From NCBI RefSeq assembly GCF_964355755.1, contig NC_092670.1, forward strand, positions 16,044,795 through 16,108,794: a DNA stretch of 64,000 bases, given 5' to 3'. Shown piece after piece: positions 63,341 to 64,000 of this stretch (the first letter of the stretch is position 1; each line of letters begins with the position of its first letter). The translations under genes and the position numbers were made by a program. The notes under the pieces are model-generated. The model made no database searches, was not told where the DNA came from, and saw only the letters and a program-made list of their open reading frames with translations. Origin of the DNA: Antedon mediterranea. Taxonomy: Eukaryota > Animalia > Echinodermata.

Positions 63341-64000
63341 CTAAGGATCAAGGAAGTAAATTTGCTCAAATGATGAGATATCACCGGTATAAACAGGCTG
63401 GTAATTGTAGACTAGGTACTTGGATGCCTCCTCTTCACTCGAAAACCTATGGGTGCTTTTGCGGGCTATAGAAAAATGGAAGAATCGCACTATTATTATG
63501 CTGTAACAAATACAAATTATACGGCTTTTATTTATCGTGTGTGTTTCTGATGAGCGCCGCCTTTGACGTGTCACTGTGTTTAGCGTTGACGCGTAAAGGC
63601 CAACTCAGACAGCTGTTTAAAGTTCTCAGCTCCCGACGACCTAAAAACTACACCCGCCGCCGACGCTATTTCAAGACGAATTCGTATCGTCGGGATTCAA
63701 CTCAGACAGGACCGACGAGTCAAAACGTTTCGTCGTCGGGCCTCGTCGTACGATGCTCTCTGAGTTGGCCTTTAGGCAAGGTGACCACAGGCATCGCTTG
63801 GGAAAGATGGACATGTTTTTCGTTACTATTACTGTATTTTATACGCAATAATGATAGCTATGAGTTAGTCAGTTGTATTGGTTAGAAAAAAAATGGACGA
63901 ATAAATTTACCTTCATTGACCAGAAAATCAGCAACATATTGTGCTACAGCTGTTGCACGAAATGAGTGTGGGATGTTGTAGTCTTTTGAAGTATTCCATT
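63341..64000 (-). CDS. Last two exons of an unidentified gene extending beyond the right edge
   Basis: Exons (>64000)-63911 (AAG|GTAAAT) and 63465-63341 join in phase: WNTSKDYNIPHSFRATAVAQYVADFLVNEARKSTHRFSSEEEASKYLVYNYQPVYTGDISSFEQIYFLDP*; AATAAA on - at 63249-63244. Confidence 0.55.
63597..63771. mobile_element. Harbinger-type MITE family D
   Basis: TAA|AGGCCAACTCAGA ... TCTGAGTTGGCCT|TTA, CpG-rich interior. Confidence 0.75.

Noticed and set aside
63940-63975. HSFRAT as a tyrosine-recombinase HxxR box
   Set aside because: Too short a match, and the surrounding sequence gives no other recombinase support.

Overview
AT-rich, intron-rich eukaryotic (invertebrate metazoan, plausibly deuterostome) genomic DNA; nothing prokaryotic and no CRISPR. 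I reconstructed exon chains by hand (GT-AG, reading frame preserved). Left to right: an apparently intact autonomous Kolobok DNA transposon running off the left edge (last exon of the KolX/P2X7-ballast-like accessory gene on +, convergent 7-exon THAP-DDE transposase on -, terminus AGGAC.. next to TTAA at 4535); ALKBH5 (-); ANKRD54 (+); SNX8 (-); an IRSp53/BAIAP2-family gene (-); TMEM104 (+); IQCK (-); a CIDE-N-domain gene with a SAMD3-like second domain (+); and the last two exons of an unidentified gene (-). Introns hold many MITEs (Harbinger-, hAT-, Tc1/mariner-, Mutator- and Kolobok-type), Deu/Nin-domain SINEs, LINE tails and minisatellites. Most notable: the Kolobok transposase plus KolX pair, duplicated C-terminal exons in both SNX8 and BAIAP2, an EH-like N-terminus in SNX8, a palindrome array abutting a SNX8 splice donor, satellites arising inside a MITE family, CTAG/TAGGCCTA islands in first introns, and gene content matching the human 7/16/17/22 paralogon. 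Gene models are manual predictions without transcript or database support.
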